Made by a program: the position numbers and the translations under genes. This document shows, one piece after another, positions 26,113 to 36,217 of a stretch of DNA of 54,030 nucleotides. The stretch's first letter is position 1. Every line of letters starts with the position of its first letter. This DNA is from Sphingomicrobium sp. (GTDB lineage Bacteria; Pseudomonadota; Alphaproteobacteria; Sphingomonadales; Sphingomonadaceae). Below the pieces are notes generated by a model. The model was not told where the DNA came from. It made no database searches and was given only the letters and a program-made list of their open reading frames with translations. The stretch spans positions 1 to 54,030 of the forward strand of contig JBDTXI010000142.1 in NCBI GenBank assembly GCA_040006255.1, in the 5' to 3' direction.

Positions 26113-27095
26113 TGCGGCGCTTCGAACAGGTAATAATCGTAGAGCGCGCGGCTGATGTCGGCGATGACGCGCTCGCGGTCTTCGACCGGCTTGCCGCTCT
26201 TCTTGATGAAAACGGCGACGATCAACTTGCCGGCGTTGTCGGGCAGCGTGATCACTCCGACGTTGTTGACGGAGCCCCCGATCGTGCCCGTCTTTTCGGC
26301 AACGACGGTGCCCGCAGGCAGGCGAGCGCGGATGCGCGCCTTGCCGGTCGTGTTGCGCTCCTGAATCTCGCGGAGAAGGGTAGTGCTCGCAGCGCTGAGG
26401 ACATTGCCGGTGTAGATCCGCTCCAGGAGCTGAGCCATTGCGACCGGCGTGGACGTGTCGCGCGGGTTATTGTCGAATGCCGGATCGGGTTTGTCGCCTT
26501 TGTCTTCGAGTTTGGGGTTAGCTTTCAGCCCGGCTTCAAGCGACGCAGGGAATGAGGGACCCGGCGGCAGTCGATAGAAGTCGCGGATCAGACCTGCCGT
26601 GTCGCGGTCGACGCGCAGGCCCGCAACGCCCTGATCGCGGACCCACTGAGTGACCACGGCCGGGCCGCCCACCAGCTTGACCAGCGTGTCGGTCGCAGTG
26701 TTGTCGCTCACAGTCAGCATCAGCTCGAGCAGGTTTTCGACGGACACGCTGACGCCAGGATGATGGAAGGTTTCCGCAAGTCCTTCGGATTCGACCATCA
26801 TGTTGGGATCGACCGGGACCAGCTGGTCGAGCTTCAGCCGGCCCTTGTCGACCAGCGACAGGACAGTGCCGGCGATGGGCACCTTGAACGTGCTGGCCAT
26901 CGGGAATGGCTGGTCGGCGTTGACCAGAACGTGGGGGCCGCGGCCGTCTAGCCGCCATGCGGCAACGCCCACGATCCCGTCGATGCCCTCCGAAATATGC
27001 GCGATTTCCGTCTGAACGGCCGTCGGTGGCGCCGCTGCAGCAGGACATGCAATCGCCACCAGGGCAAGTCCGGCAAGCGCAACTAGGCGAGACAT
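26109..27095 (-). CDS. Class A beta-lactamase-fold serine hydrolase lacking Glu166
   Basis: ASTFK, SDN and KTG present; omega loop reads VDRDTAGLI with an insertion before PRDTSTP. Confidence 0.85.
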   Translation of the reverse strand: MSRLVALAGLALVAIACPAAAAPPTAVQTEIAHISEGIDGIVGVAAWRLDGRGPHVLVNADQPFPMASTFKVPIAGTVLSLVDKGRLKLDQLVPVDPNMMVESEGLAETFHHPGVSVSVENLLELMLTVSDNTATDTLVKLVGGPAVVTQWVRDQGVAGLRVDRDTAGLIRDFYRLPPGPSFPASLEAGLKANPKLEDKGDKPDPAFDNNPRDTSTPVAMAQLLERIYTGNVLSAASTTLLREIQERNTTGKARIRARLPAGTVVAEKTGTIGGSVNNVGVITLPDNAGKLIVAVFIKKSGKPVEDRERVIADISRALYDYYLFEAPQ

Positions 27096-28141
27096 GAATC
27101 CACCAGCGTTTCAAATTCCGCACCGCCGCGCACGGGATCAGCGACGGGCAGCCCAATGCGAGCGCTTTCGCGTACCATGAGCTGCCGGGCGTCGTCCTCA
27201 CCGAGCGAGGAAGTGTTGAAGCTGAGCCCGCCGCAGCGGATCGCCGGATTGGTGCGTGCGCCTAGCTTCAGAGTCAGGTCGATAATCTCCTCGACGCTGG
27301 GGACGGCGAAGGCTTCGTCCCCGAGCAGACGTGCGCGCGTCGGGTCATGGCACACGACGAAGACGTCGGCCTGACTGCCCTGCAGCAGCGACAGCGTCAC
27401 CCCGGCGAACGCAGGATGGAGAAGCGAGCCCTGCCCTTCGATGACGTCCCAGTGATCGTCCGGTGCCGAGGGGCTCAGCATCTCCGCCGCGCCTGCGGCA
27501 AAGTCGGCGACCACCGCATCCATCGGAATGCCGCGTCCGGCGATCATGATCCCGGACTGGCCCGTCGCGCGGAAATCGGCGTCGATGCCCCGTTGATGCA
27601 GCGCACGCGTGATTGCCAGCGCGGTATATTTCTTGCCAAGCGCGCAGTCGGTGCCGACGGTGAGCAGGCGCTTGCCGCTCCGCTTGAGGCCCGTTGCGAT
27701 CGGAATGTTCGGCGGCGGCTCGCGGACATCGATCAGACGTCGCCCGAGCCGTTCCGCCGCCTCGCGGATCGCGCCGACGTCGCGCAGGCGCGCATGCATC
27801 CCGCTGATGATGTGCAATCCGGATTCGAGCGCCTCGACGAGTGCCGGCACCCAGCTGTCGGCGATGAATCCGCCCGAGTTCGCGACTCCGATGACCACTG
27901 AACGCGCGCCTTTCTCCCGCGCCTCGTTCGGCGAGAGCTTCGGCAGTCCAGTGCTGACGCTTGCACCCGGAAGCGCAAATTCGCCGACACACCGCTCGCG
28001 CGCCCAGTCGCGCAGTCCGAATGCCGTCTTGGCGTAACCCGGCTCGATCGTGTCGCCGAGAAACAGGAGGTAGGGCTGCGGCAGCGTTAGCTGCAGCGGA
28101 TCGCCCGCGGCCGGCTCCACCTCCTGTTTCTGACTCAGCAC
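27083..28141 (-). CDS. DUF1611 protein (DgcN-like)
   Basis: AKTAFGLRDW, LLTVGTDCALGKKYT, FRATGQSG, IEGQGSL; start uncertain. Confidence 0.88.
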   Translation of the reverse strand: MLSQKQEVEPAAGDPLQLTLPQPYLLFLGDTIEPGYAKTAFGLRDWARERCVGEFALPGASVSTGLPKLSPNEAREKGARSVVIGVANSGGFIADSWVPALVEALESGLHIISGMHARLRDVGAIREAAERLGRRLIDVREPPPNIPIATGLKRSGKRLLTVGTDCALGKKYTALAITRALHQRGIDADFRATGQSGIMIAGRGIPMDAVVADFAAGAAEMLSPSAPDDHWDVIEGQGSLLHPAFAGVTLSLLQGSQADVFVVCHDPTRARLLGDEAFAVPSVEEIIDLTLKLGARTNPAIRCGGLSFNTSSLGEDDARQLMVRESARIGLPVADPVRGGAEFETLVDSCLA

Positions 28142-28157
28142 CAGACCTGCGCCTTTC

Positions 28158-30509
28158 TCAGGAACCAAACTTCCCGGTGAGAGCGAGACCTATCGTGCGC
28201 GGTCGAATCGCCGACACGGCGGCAGCGCCGTTCGGGAACGTAGTTCCGTCGAAGCCGAACGCGTCGGTGATGCCGCGTTTGTCGAACAGGTTGCGGGCGA
28301 AAGCTTCGACCGTGAAACGGCCGACGTTCACTCCGGCACGAAGGTCGACTTCGGTGTAGCCGGGGATCCGGACCAACGAGCCATTGGACAGTCGCTGGTT
28401 GAACTCCGTCGTCCGCTTGCCGACGTAGCTTACGCTCGCGCCAACGAATCCGTCAGTGACTGAGCTCACCGGGAACTGGTAGTCGGCGTGGAGGGCCCCG
28501 CTCCATTTCGGCACCCACGGGAGCGGATCGCCCGCAAAACCCCCGGTCAGTGGCGGCGTATCGTCTTTGAGCTTCCCGCTCGTGTATGCCCCGTTGGCGG
28601 CGAGGGTCAGTCCCGGGACCGGCCTAAGAGCACCTGAGAATTCAAGGCCGTTTACCCTGGCCCTGCCGCCGTTGGCGTTGATCCCAGTCTGATTGACTAT
28701 TTCGAACAACTGAATGTCCTTCCAGTCGATGTGGTACGCCGCGAGCTCCAATGACCAGAGATGCGCGTCGGGCGCCTCGGCCTTGATCCCCAGTTCCCAG
28801 TTCGTCAGCCGGTCGGCACCGTAGGTCGTCGGGACGCCAGGCGGTGAGCCTACCGGGATCACGTTCGGGCCCCCCGGGCGATAGCCGCTGGCAACGCGCG
28901 CGTAGATCGACGCATGCTTGCTGAGCTCGTATCGCGGTGCGACCGAGTAGGTGAACACCGTCTCCGACGAGTTAAGGTTGGTTCCTTCGGAGTTGCCGAT
29001 GACGGCGGAACTGATCTGCAGGTCCGCCCGCTGCTTATTGTGAGCGAGGCGTCCGCCGAGCGTCAGGTCAGCCCGCGGAGTGATGTGCCAGGTCGCATTG
29101 GCGAAGCCGGCATATTCCTCATATTTGGAACGCAGGAAGATGAGTGCAATCGGAATGATATCCGGCGCGACCCGGTCTGTCCCGAACTCGGTGGCAAGAA
29201 GGTTTTGCGGGTCGATTGCCGACTTCTCGTGCGTGTAGAATGCGCCGACCAGCCACTCCAGCGTGTCGTTGTTCGGCGAGGAGAGGCGGAACTCCTGCGT
29301 GAACTTGTTGGTGCTCGTCGTCTGGAAAAGCTGAAGGCCGAGCGGACGCGTCACGGGCAAGCCAGTGGTGGTGATCAGTCCCAGGTTAGCGAGAAAGTTG
29401 ATCGTCCCTCCGAGCGCAAACGTGTCGTCCGTCTCGAGATTTTCTTTGAAGGTCGAATAGCTGGTCGACGAGAACAGGTTGGCGAAGCCGAGATTCCAAT
29501 CCGCCGTGCCGGAGTATACGCGATATTTGATATGCGTCGGCTGCGGCTGATAGGTTGACTGGACAAAGCGCCCATAGAGCGACTTCAAGGTGGCGGGATC
29601 GACGTCGAAGTAGTTGTCCCCACCGGAATTGAGGTTCTGGGCGAAGGCGGTCAGCCTGATCGATAGATTTTCTGTGGGATCGAAGAGCAGCGACGCGCGA
29701 CCGCCATAGCTCTTCCGGTCGTTGATATCCTTGGCAATGAGCGTTTCGGTACCGGTATCCGGACCCAGAAGCGGATTGTTGCCGATCGAATCGACGTATC
29801 CGTGATCATTCCGGAAAAAACCGTCGACCCGAACAGCCGCCTTTTTGCCGAGCGGCACGTTCAGGACAGCCGCGGCGCTATACCCGAGACCTCCGTGGGC
29901 GGTATCTTCAATCCCTGCTTGCCCGCGTACCTCGAACCGGCCCAGCTTCGGTGCGTTGGTGATATACCGCAGGACGCCGCCGAATGAGCTTGCGCCGTAG
30001 AGGGTGCCCTGCGGCCCGCGCAGCACCTCGATCCGGTTGAGATCGAACGGGTCGAAATCGCTGGATAGTATCGAGCCGTTCGCCAGGCCCGTGCTTGAGC
30101 CGAACGGCACGTCGTCCATGAAGATCGCGACAGTCGAAGCCACGCCGCCTGTGTTCGCACCGCGCAAGGTGATGCGCGTGACGCCTGACGTGCTGCCGTT
30201 CACACTGAAGCCCGGAACCAGCGAAAGATAGTCCTGGAAGCTCTTCGCCTGCTGTCGATCGAGCGTGTCGCCGCCAATCACCGTGACCGACGACGGGACG
30301 TCGAGCAGCACCTGCGGACGCTTTTGAGCGGTGATCACGATGGACTCGGAGTTTTGCTGCGCGAGACTGTCCGTCTGCTGTGGCGCAGATTGCTCGGGCG
30401 CTTGCTGCGGCGCCGGGTCCTGCGCCGCGGCTGGGCTGGCGAACGACAGTGCGAAGATCGCGGCCGAAGACAACAGAGCGGCACGTCCCCTGTCATGCAT
30501 CCTGTTCAT
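28158..30509 (-). CDS. TonB-dependent receptor
   Basis: SIVITAQKR, RIEVLRGPQGTLYG, ends PRTIGLALTGKFGS. Confidence 0.95.
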   Translation of the reverse strand: MNRMHDRGRAALLSSAAIFALSFASPAAAQDPAPQQAPEQSAPQQTDSLAQQNSESIVITAQKRPQVLLDVPSSVTVIGGDTLDRQQAKSFQDYLSLVPGFSVNGSTSGVTRITLRGANTGGVASTVAIFMDDVPFGSSTGLANGSILSSDFDPFDLNRIEVLRGPQGTLYGASSFGGVLRYITNAPKLGRFEVRGQAGIEDTAHGGLGYSAAAVLNVPLGKKAAVRVDGFFRNDHGYVDSIGNNPLLGPDTGTETLIAKDINDRKSYGGRASLLFDPTENLSIRLTAFAQNLNSGGDNYFDVDPATLKSLYGRFVQSTYQPQPTHIKYRVYSGTADWNLGFANLFSSTSYSTFKENLETDDTFALGGTINFLANLGLITTTGLPVTRPLGLQLFQTTSTNKFTQEFRLSSPNNDTLEWLVGAFYTHEKSAIDPQNLLATEFGTDRVAPDIIPIALIFLRSKYEEYAGFANATWHITPRADLTLGGRLAHNKQRADLQISSAVIGNSEGTNLNSSETVFTYSVAPRYELSKHASIYARVASGYRPGGPNVIPVGSPPGVPTTYGADRLTNWELGIKAEAPDAHLWSLELAAYHIDWKDIQLFEIVNQTGINANGGRARVNGLEFSGALRPVPGLTLAANGAYTSGKLKDDTPPLTGGFAGDPLPWVPKWSGALHADYQFPVSSVTDGFVGASVSYVGKRTTEFNQRLSNGSLVRIPGYTEVDLRAGVNVGRFTVEAFARNLFDKRGITDAFGFDGTTFPNGAAAVSAIRPRTIGLALTGKFGS

Positions 30510-30609
30510 TTCTCTCTCCCATCAAATGTGTCCATGTTTCGAGCGGTCACGCGCATGCAGCGCACGGCTGCCCGCGGAAATTTCAGGCCGACGGTACTGC
30601 GGGTGCGGA

Positions 30610-31947
30610 TCACGCATTGCTTGGCCTCGCATATCCCTCGGAAACGTCGGTCAGATCATCGACTCGCGCAGGGCCGGCGGCACGCGCGAGGATCCTGCGC
30701 GTCGGAGCGTCGAGCAGGTAAAGAAGGCCCGCCGACACTGTGGCGATTCCCGCAAGGATCATGAAGAAAGGAACGTGCCCGGTGCGGCTCCACAGGCGCC
30801 CGACCTGGCCAGCGGCTAGGCTTCCGCTGAAAATAGCCAAATACCAGGCGGCGACCGTACTTGCGCCCAGCTTTGGCGGCGCAAGCCGGGCAAAGATCCC
30901 AAGGCCGTTCGGCAGGATATAGAGCTCGCCGAGGGTGAATACTAAGAAGTAGCTGAGCAGCCACCCCCAGTGGACACGGCCGCCGCCCGCCAGCGCCTCG
31001 GCAGTGGCCACCAGCAGATAAGACGCAGCGACCAGCAACGCGCCGACGGCCATTTTCTCGATCACCGAAAGCTCGCGCCCGCGGTCGGCCTGACGGCGCC
31101 AGCGGGCGAGGAGCAACGGGGTCAGGACCATGACCAGCAGCGGGTTAAGCGAGAAGAACATCGCTGCGCCGATCTCGTGCCCGCCAATCACCCGGTTCAC
31201 GTCGTCGCGCATCCACAGTGCGATCGTGTTGCCGATCTGCTCGTAGGCACCGCGGAAGACCGTGACGGCCAGACCGATTCCGAGCAGCAGCAGGAAGGTG
31301 TCACGGCCGCGCTGCGAGTGCGACACGGCTGCAGTCGCGGGAGCCGCGATGATCCGTTCGGGCGGCAGATGGCGCTGCCCGTAGAGGTAGATTGCCAAGC
31401 CAGAGAGCATGCCCACTCCGGCCGCTGCAAAGCCGTAATGCCACCCGTAAGTCTCGCCGAGAAATCCGCACACGAGCGGTGCGAGGAAGGCCCCGACGTT
31501 CACCCCGACATAATAGACGTTGTAGGCCCACGGGCGGCGCGGATCGTCGGCGGTATAGAGGTCGTTGATTTGGCTCGGCAGCGTTGGGAGGAACAGGCCG
31601 TTGCCGACTGCGATCGTCGCGAGGGCCACGTAGAACAAGGGCTGGGACGCCATCATGAAATGGCCCGCGGCCATAACGAGAGCACCGATGATCACGGCGC
31701 GGCGCTTACCCAGCCAGCGGTCCGCGATGGTACCGCCAATGATCGGCGTGAAGTAGGCGAACGCCGTGTAAAAGCCGTAGATGCTCGAGGATTTTTCCTG
31801 GCCGAACAGCAGCTGCGTGGTCATGTAATAGACCAGCAGCGCGCGCATCCCGTAGTAGGAGAATTGCTCCCACATGTTGGTCAGGAACAGGATCGTCAGA
31901 CCCCGCGGTTGACCGAACCAATTCGAGGGCGCAGTCGCCTGGGTCAC
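30610..31947 (-). CDS. POT/PTR-family peptide MFS transporter
   Basis: FGQPRGL..LFLTNMWEQFSYYGMRALL; GTGA overlap with the epimerase. Confidence 0.9.
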   Translation of the reverse strand: MTQATAPSNWFGQPRGLTILFLTNMWEQFSYYGMRALLVYYMTTQLLFGQEKSSSIYGFYTAFAYFTPIIGGTIADRWLGKRRAVIIGALVMAAGHFMMASQPLFYVALATIAVGNGLFLPTLPSQINDLYTADDPRRPWAYNVYYVGVNVGAFLAPLVCGFLGETYGWHYGFAAAGVGMLSGLAIYLYGQRHLPPERIIAAPATAAVSHSQRGRDTFLLLLGIGLAVTVFRGAYEQIGNTIALWMRDDVNRVIGGHEIGAAMFFSLNPLLVMVLTPLLLARWRRQADRGRELSVIEKMAVGALLVAASYLLVATAEALAGGGRVHWGWLLSYFLVFTLGELYILPNGLGIFARLAPPKLGASTVAAWYLAIFSGSLAAGQVGRLWSRTGHVPFFMILAGIATVSAGLLYLLDAPTRRILARAAGPARVDDLTDVSEGYARPSNA

Positions 31948-32948
31948 GCGGCGAGCCTCGATCCCCACACTTCGTCCGGGCACCAGATGGTGCCGTCGCG
32001 ATATTCGCAGGATGGTGTGCGGTCCTCGCGAAGGAACGTCGGTCCGTCGAGATCGACGATGTCGCATTGCTGGCCGACGATGAACGCCGGCGCCATTGCC
32101 AGGCTGGTGCCAACCATGTTGCCGACCATGACGCCGAGGCCGCGGCGGCGGGCTTCCTCGGCAATCAGCAGCGCCTCGGTCAGACCCCCGCACTTGTCGA
32201 GCTTGATGTTGATCACGTCGAAGCGCCCCACCAGGCCCGGCACGTCGTCGAGCCCGATTGCACTCTCATCGGCGGCGATCGGGATCGGGCACCGATAACC
32301 GTCGAGGTCCGCTTCCTTGCCCCGCGCAAGCGGCTGCTCGAGCAAGGCGACGCGATTCTGCGCCAGTGAGTCGACCAGCGCATCGAGCTGCTCGCGCGAA
32401 TAGCCCTGATTGGCGTCGACGCCGAGCCAGACGTCTGGGCGCGCCGAGCGAATGGCGCGCACCCGTTCAATGTCGAGCTCGAGCTGGCCGGTCAGCTTGA
32501 CCTTGATCGCTTGTGCCGATGCATAGCACCGCGCACCCTCGGCCATGATGCCCGGATCGTCGGCGCCGAGCGTAAAAGTGGTGATCAACGGCCGAGGGTC
32601 GCTTACCCCGGCCAATTGCCGCGCCTGCGTACCTGAGCGCTTCGCCTCCAGGTCCCACATCGCGCAATCGACGGCATTGCGCGCGCCGCCGCGCGGCATG
32701 GTCTCGCGCAGCTCCGCTCGGCCCGCGCCGTGTTCGATGACCTCGCGATGGGTTTCGAGCTCGGCGACGATGTGCGCGGAATCGTCACCGAGATAATAAA
32801 CTCCGGCCGCCTCGCCGCGCCCGACCTTGTCGTCGTCGGCGAGCTCGACCACGACCATGTCCGACTGCTCGAACACAAAGCCCGAGATCCGGAACGGCGC
32901 CGAGAGAGCGCGCGTCTCCACGCGGTAGTCGAGCCGGAGCGCCCCCAT
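31944..32948 (-). CDS. Dipeptide (L-Ala-D/L-Glu) epimerase / DgcA-like enolase-superfamily enzyme
   Basis: IKVKL, VDANQG, LEQP, ADES, NIKLDKCGG, DLDGP. Confidence 0.9.
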   Translation of the reverse strand: MGALRLDYRVETRALSAPFRISGFVFEQSDMVVVELADDDKVGRGEAAGVYYLGDDSAHIVAELETHREVIEHGAGRAELRETMPRGGARNAVDCAMWDLEAKRSGTQARQLAGVSDPRPLITTFTLGADDPGIMAEGARCYASAQAIKVKLTGQLELDIERVRAIRSARPDVWLGVDANQGYSREQLDALVDSLAQNRVALLEQPLARGKEADLDGYRCPIPIAADESAIGLDDVPGLVGRFDVINIKLDKCGGLTEALLIAEEARRRGLGVMVGNMVGTSLAMAPAFIVGQQCDIVDLDGPTFLREDRTPSCEYRDGTIWCPDEVWGSRLAA

Positions 32949-34957
32949 CAGTAGTTGGTCGCCAGCCCGACGAGCTTGAAGACGAGACCGATGTAGAGGA
33001 TCGTGCCGGACGCGATGACCAGCAGGACGCTCCATACCTTGCCGGTCCAGCGCCATTTGTTGCGCCACGCGTTGTATGCGTACCAGCACATCACCGCGAA
33101 GCCGCCGATGAACACCACAATGCTGAGCAGTTCGAGAATCAGCAGAATCGCGTTGAGGCTCGCTTCATTGCCGAGGTCGGCGAACAGCATCGACATCGCC
33201 CAGATCCAGCCGCCGAGGATCAGCAGGATGGCCAGAGCGGCAATCCTGCTTGAACGATATGTCCAGAGCTGCCGTCCGGTAAGACCTAGCTCGGCTTTGT
33301 ATTTGCGGCGCACCAGAAGCCGCGTGGGCCACAGCACCACGGTCAGGAAAAGGATCGCCAGTGAACAATAGAGCAAAGGCAGGATCCAGGCCGACGAGCG
33401 GAAGCCTGGCGTGCGGTCGTAGTCGATGATGGGCGCCAGCTCGCCGTAGCTGAAGCGCGTCGCCTTTCCGTCCGCGACAGTCGCGCTGAGCAGATCGTGC
33501 CCATCAGCGTCCCTCCACAGCATTGGACCGATGTGGTTCCATTTGCGCGGCTGACCATTCAGTCCCTTCGCATCGGCGATGAGCGGGTTGCCGTCCTTGT
33601 CGACGCCGACCTTCGCCTGGCCGATCAGATCGACGACGGCGAGGAAGTTGGACCGCGTTCCGCGCGTGGTCGAATAGACCCCGGCCAGCTTCTTGGCGTC
33701 GGCTTTGGCGCCGTTCGGATCGGCCTTCTGGATCGCCGTCGGCGCTTCCGGGAAGTAGCGGTCGGCGAAGTTTTCGAAAAGCGCGTTGCGCAGTGGCCCC
33801 GCAGCGCCTTCCTTGCCGGCGCTGTTGAAAGACACGAAAATTCCGACGTTCTTGTCGAGGAAGAGGTGGAGGTCGCTGTGGAACGCGACCGTGTCGCCAC
33901 CGTGTGCGATGACGCGCATCCCGTTGATGTTCGTCTCGTAGAAGCCGTGCGCCATCCCGTCGCCCGCCGGGAACGGCGTGTTGGCGCGCGAATGCATCAG
34001 TTGCGCGGTAGCCGGCTGCAGGATGCTCTGCCCGTTGTACGTCCCGTTCTGGAGGTGGGCGATCATGAACCGACCCATGTCATCGCCGCTCGCCGCAAGT
34101 GCGCCAGCGGGCGCCGCATTGACGAACTCATAACCGTACGGCTTGTCCTTTCCGGAAACGTAGCCCTCGGCCATCAGGGGCTTGAGGTTGGCCGGAAGCG
34201 GCTGGCGGAATGTCGAGTGCGCCATCCCCAGCGGCCCGAAAATATGATGCTCCAGATAAGCGTCGAACGGTTCGCCGGACGTGCGCTGCACAATGTAGCC
34301 GGCAAGACTTGCGCCATAATTGGAGTAGGCCGGCGTCGTACCCGGTGCGTAAATGCGCCTTGGCGTCCAGCGCTTGAGCAGAGTGTCGAACGGCACCTGC
34401 GTTTTCTCGCCAAGGCTGATGAGGTCCTTGACCTGTTCCTCGAAGCCCGGCGTGTGCGTCATCAGATTGAGGACGGTCACCGGTTTGCCATCGTAGGGAG
34501 GGATCTTGAAATCGATATATTTATTGACGTCGGCGTTCAGATCGACCTTTCCTTGCTCGACTTGCTGCATCAGCGCGGTCCACGTGAAGAGCTTCGAGAT
34601 GGAGCCTGGCCGAAAGAGCGTGGTCTTGGGGTCGACCTTGGTCTTCTTCGCCAGGTCGCCATAGCCGAACCCGCGTTCGGTCAGCACCTGCCCGTCCTTG
34701 ACGACCACGACGACCGCGCCGGGAATATCGCCCTTGGCGATCGCGTAAGGCATGTAGCCGTCGAGCCACGTAGTGACGTCGTCACCGGTCAGCTGAGGCG
34801 CAACCGTCTGCTGTTGAGTCGTCGTGGGCGCGCTGGGCAAAGTCGCGCTGCTGAACTTCGCCGTCGGAACAAGCGTCGGTTGAGTTGTTTGCGCAACCGC
34901 TCCAGACAGGACCGCAGCGCCAAGAATCGCAGCGAGAATTGCAGCCGCCTTTCGCAT
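32948..34957 (-). CDS. Serine hydrolase (beta-lactamase fold) with C-terminal TM helices
   Basis: FRPGSISKLF, YSNYG, HGGDT; three to four hydrophobic helices at the C-terminus. Confidence 0.88.
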   Translation of the reverse strand: MRKAAAILAAILGAAVLSGAVAQTTQPTLVPTAKFSSATLPSAPTTTQQQTVAPQLTGDDVTTWLDGYMPYAIAKGDIPGAVVVVVKDGQVLTERGFGYGDLAKKTKVDPKTTLFRPGSISKLFTWTALMQQVEQGKVDLNADVNKYIDFKIPPYDGKPVTVLNLMTHTPGFEEQVKDLISLGEKTQVPFDTLLKRWTPRRIYAPGTTPAYSNYGASLAGYIVQRTSGEPFDAYLEHHIFGPLGMAHSTFRQPLPANLKPLMAEGYVSGKDKPYGYEFVNAAPAGALAASGDDMGRFMIAHLQNGTYNGQSILQPATAQLMHSRANTPFPAGDGMAHGFYETNINGMRVIAHGGDTVAFHSDLHLFLDKNVGIFVSFNSAGKEGAAGPLRNALFENFADRYFPEAPTAIQKADPNGAKADAKKLAGVYSTTRGTRSNFLAVVDLIGQAKVGVDKDGNPLIADAKGLNGQPRKWNHIGPMLWRDADGHDLLSATVADGKATRFSYGELAPIIDYDRTPGFRSSAWILPLLYCSLAILFLTVVLWPTRLLVRRKYKAELGLTGRQLWTYRSSRIAALAILLILGGWIWAMSMLFADLGNEASLNAILLILELLSIVVFIGGFAVMCWYAYNAWRNKWRWTGKVWSVLLVIASGTILYIGLVFKLVGLATNY

Positions 34958-35087
34958 GTTTATCTCCCCGTTTTTCCTGCAGATTTGCCCATTCGGGCGA
35001 TCTGGCCTTATCATGCTATTACGTGCCTATCGGGGACATAATGATCCTGATTAGAGAATTGTCAAATCTAGTACGGGAGCGCTCCCG

Positions 35088-35777
35088 GTGAGCGAGCACC
35101 CGACTCTTGGTCGCATTCTGAAAGAGCTTCGGAATCACCGCGGCTGGACGCTCAAGGAGATGAGCGCGCGCAGTGGCATTCCCGTCTCGACGCTGTCGAA
35201 AGTCGAGCACGACCGGCTCACCTTGACCTACGACAAGCTCCTTCAACTCAGTCAGAAGCTCCACATCCGGATCTCGGAGCTGTTCGCCGAAAGCGAGCCG
35301 GCGGACGAGAGTGTCACCGCTCGGCGCAGCATCGGCCGGATTGACGACTCGGTCCGAGTCACGACGCCCAACTACGATTATTATTACTTGTGCACGGAAC
35401 TGAGACGGAAGCGTATGGTCCCGATCCTAACCAGGATCCGCGCCAAGTCACTCGGCGAGTTTGGCGACCTCGTCCGCCACTCCGGCGAGGAATATATCCA
35501 TGTGCTCGAGGGAAGCATCGTGGTGCACACCGAATTCTACGATCCGGTGACCTTGCACACGGGCGAAGGCATCTACATCGATTCCAACATGGGCCATGGC
35601 TATGTCGCGGACGAGGGGTGCGACGAGGCGTTGGTTCTCGGAGTGTGTTCGAGCGCAGACGAAGGCCTGATGAGCTCACTCATGAACATTCACGAGCCCA
35701 TCGCCGCCGATCAACCTGCGCAGGACCTTCTGGTCACCCCCGTTCGAGTTCGCCGGCTTGACCGGCCTGCTGCGTAG
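35088..35777 (+). CDS. XRE-family HTH-cupin transcriptional regulator
   Basis: LKELR..RGWTLKEMSARSGIPVSTLSKVE; RHSGEEYIHVLEG; divergent from the operon. Confidence 0.92.
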   Translation: MSEHPTLGRILKELRNHRGWTLKEMSARSGIPVSTLSKVEHDRLTLTYDKLLQLSQKLHIRISELFAESEPADESVTARRSIGRIDDSVRVTTPNYDYYYLCTELRRKRMVPILTRIRAKSLGEFGDLVRHSGEEYIHVLEGSIVVHTEFYDPVTLHTGEGIYIDSNMGHGYVADEGCDEALVLGVCSSADEGLMSSLMNIHEPIAADQPAQDLLVTPVRVRRLDRPAA

Positions 35778-35798
35778 CCGGGCGAGATCTCTTGCGCC

Positions 35799-35877
35799 CG
35801 CAGCGGCTTCCCCAAGCCGCTGCATTGTGCGCGTTGCGCTGCAACATCTCAAAAAATGCACCGCTCTCCGGACGGGA
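35799..35877 (+). repeat. ~90-bp repeat family, copy B
   Basis: CGCAGCGGCTTCCCCAAGCCGCTGCATTGTGCGCGTTGCGCTGCAACATCTCAAAAAATGCACCGCTCTCCGGACGGGA. Confidence 0.9.
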
Positions 35878-35992
35878 CGTGTCCGCCATTCAGTGCCCTT
35901 CCAGTAGCCCGCTGCAATCCGCTTGCCTCGGCTGTGTGACTGTGTCCGAACTCCTCAAGGAACGATCGCACTGATCCACGCTCCGATCTGAG

Positions 35993-36022
35993 CTCATGAC
36001 AAAAGTGGCAAAATGTCGTGAG
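35993..36022. promoter_or_regulatory. Dyad CTCATGACA-N12-TGTCGTGAG upstream of the DUF2868 gene
   Basis: Near-perfect inverted repeat; second copy at 39495-39528. Confidence 0.5.
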
Positions 36023-36217
36023 TGCGGCGGACCTTCTAGTACGCCGGCAAAGGCTCCACCCCGGCCGTCCCTTGGCCGACGAACACAATGATTCTTGGAC
36101 CCGTTTTTCGGCAACGTCAGTTCCCGGCCATTGTGAACATACAGGGGCGGTGCGAGTAGGCAGGAGGCGATCCGCTCGAAAAGTAAGGGCTTCAGACGGT
36201 GCCGCCACGGAGTGGGA

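Noticed and set aside
26109-27095. Calling this a bla resistance gene
   Set aside because: Glu166 and Asn170 equivalents are missing and the context is catabolic
33497-35041. Long antisense ORFs (also 12646-13902, 14857-16023, 17754-19019, 30970-32298, 44639-46222)
   Set aside because: Shadow ORFs opposite well-supported genes, expected in high-GC DNA; no motifs
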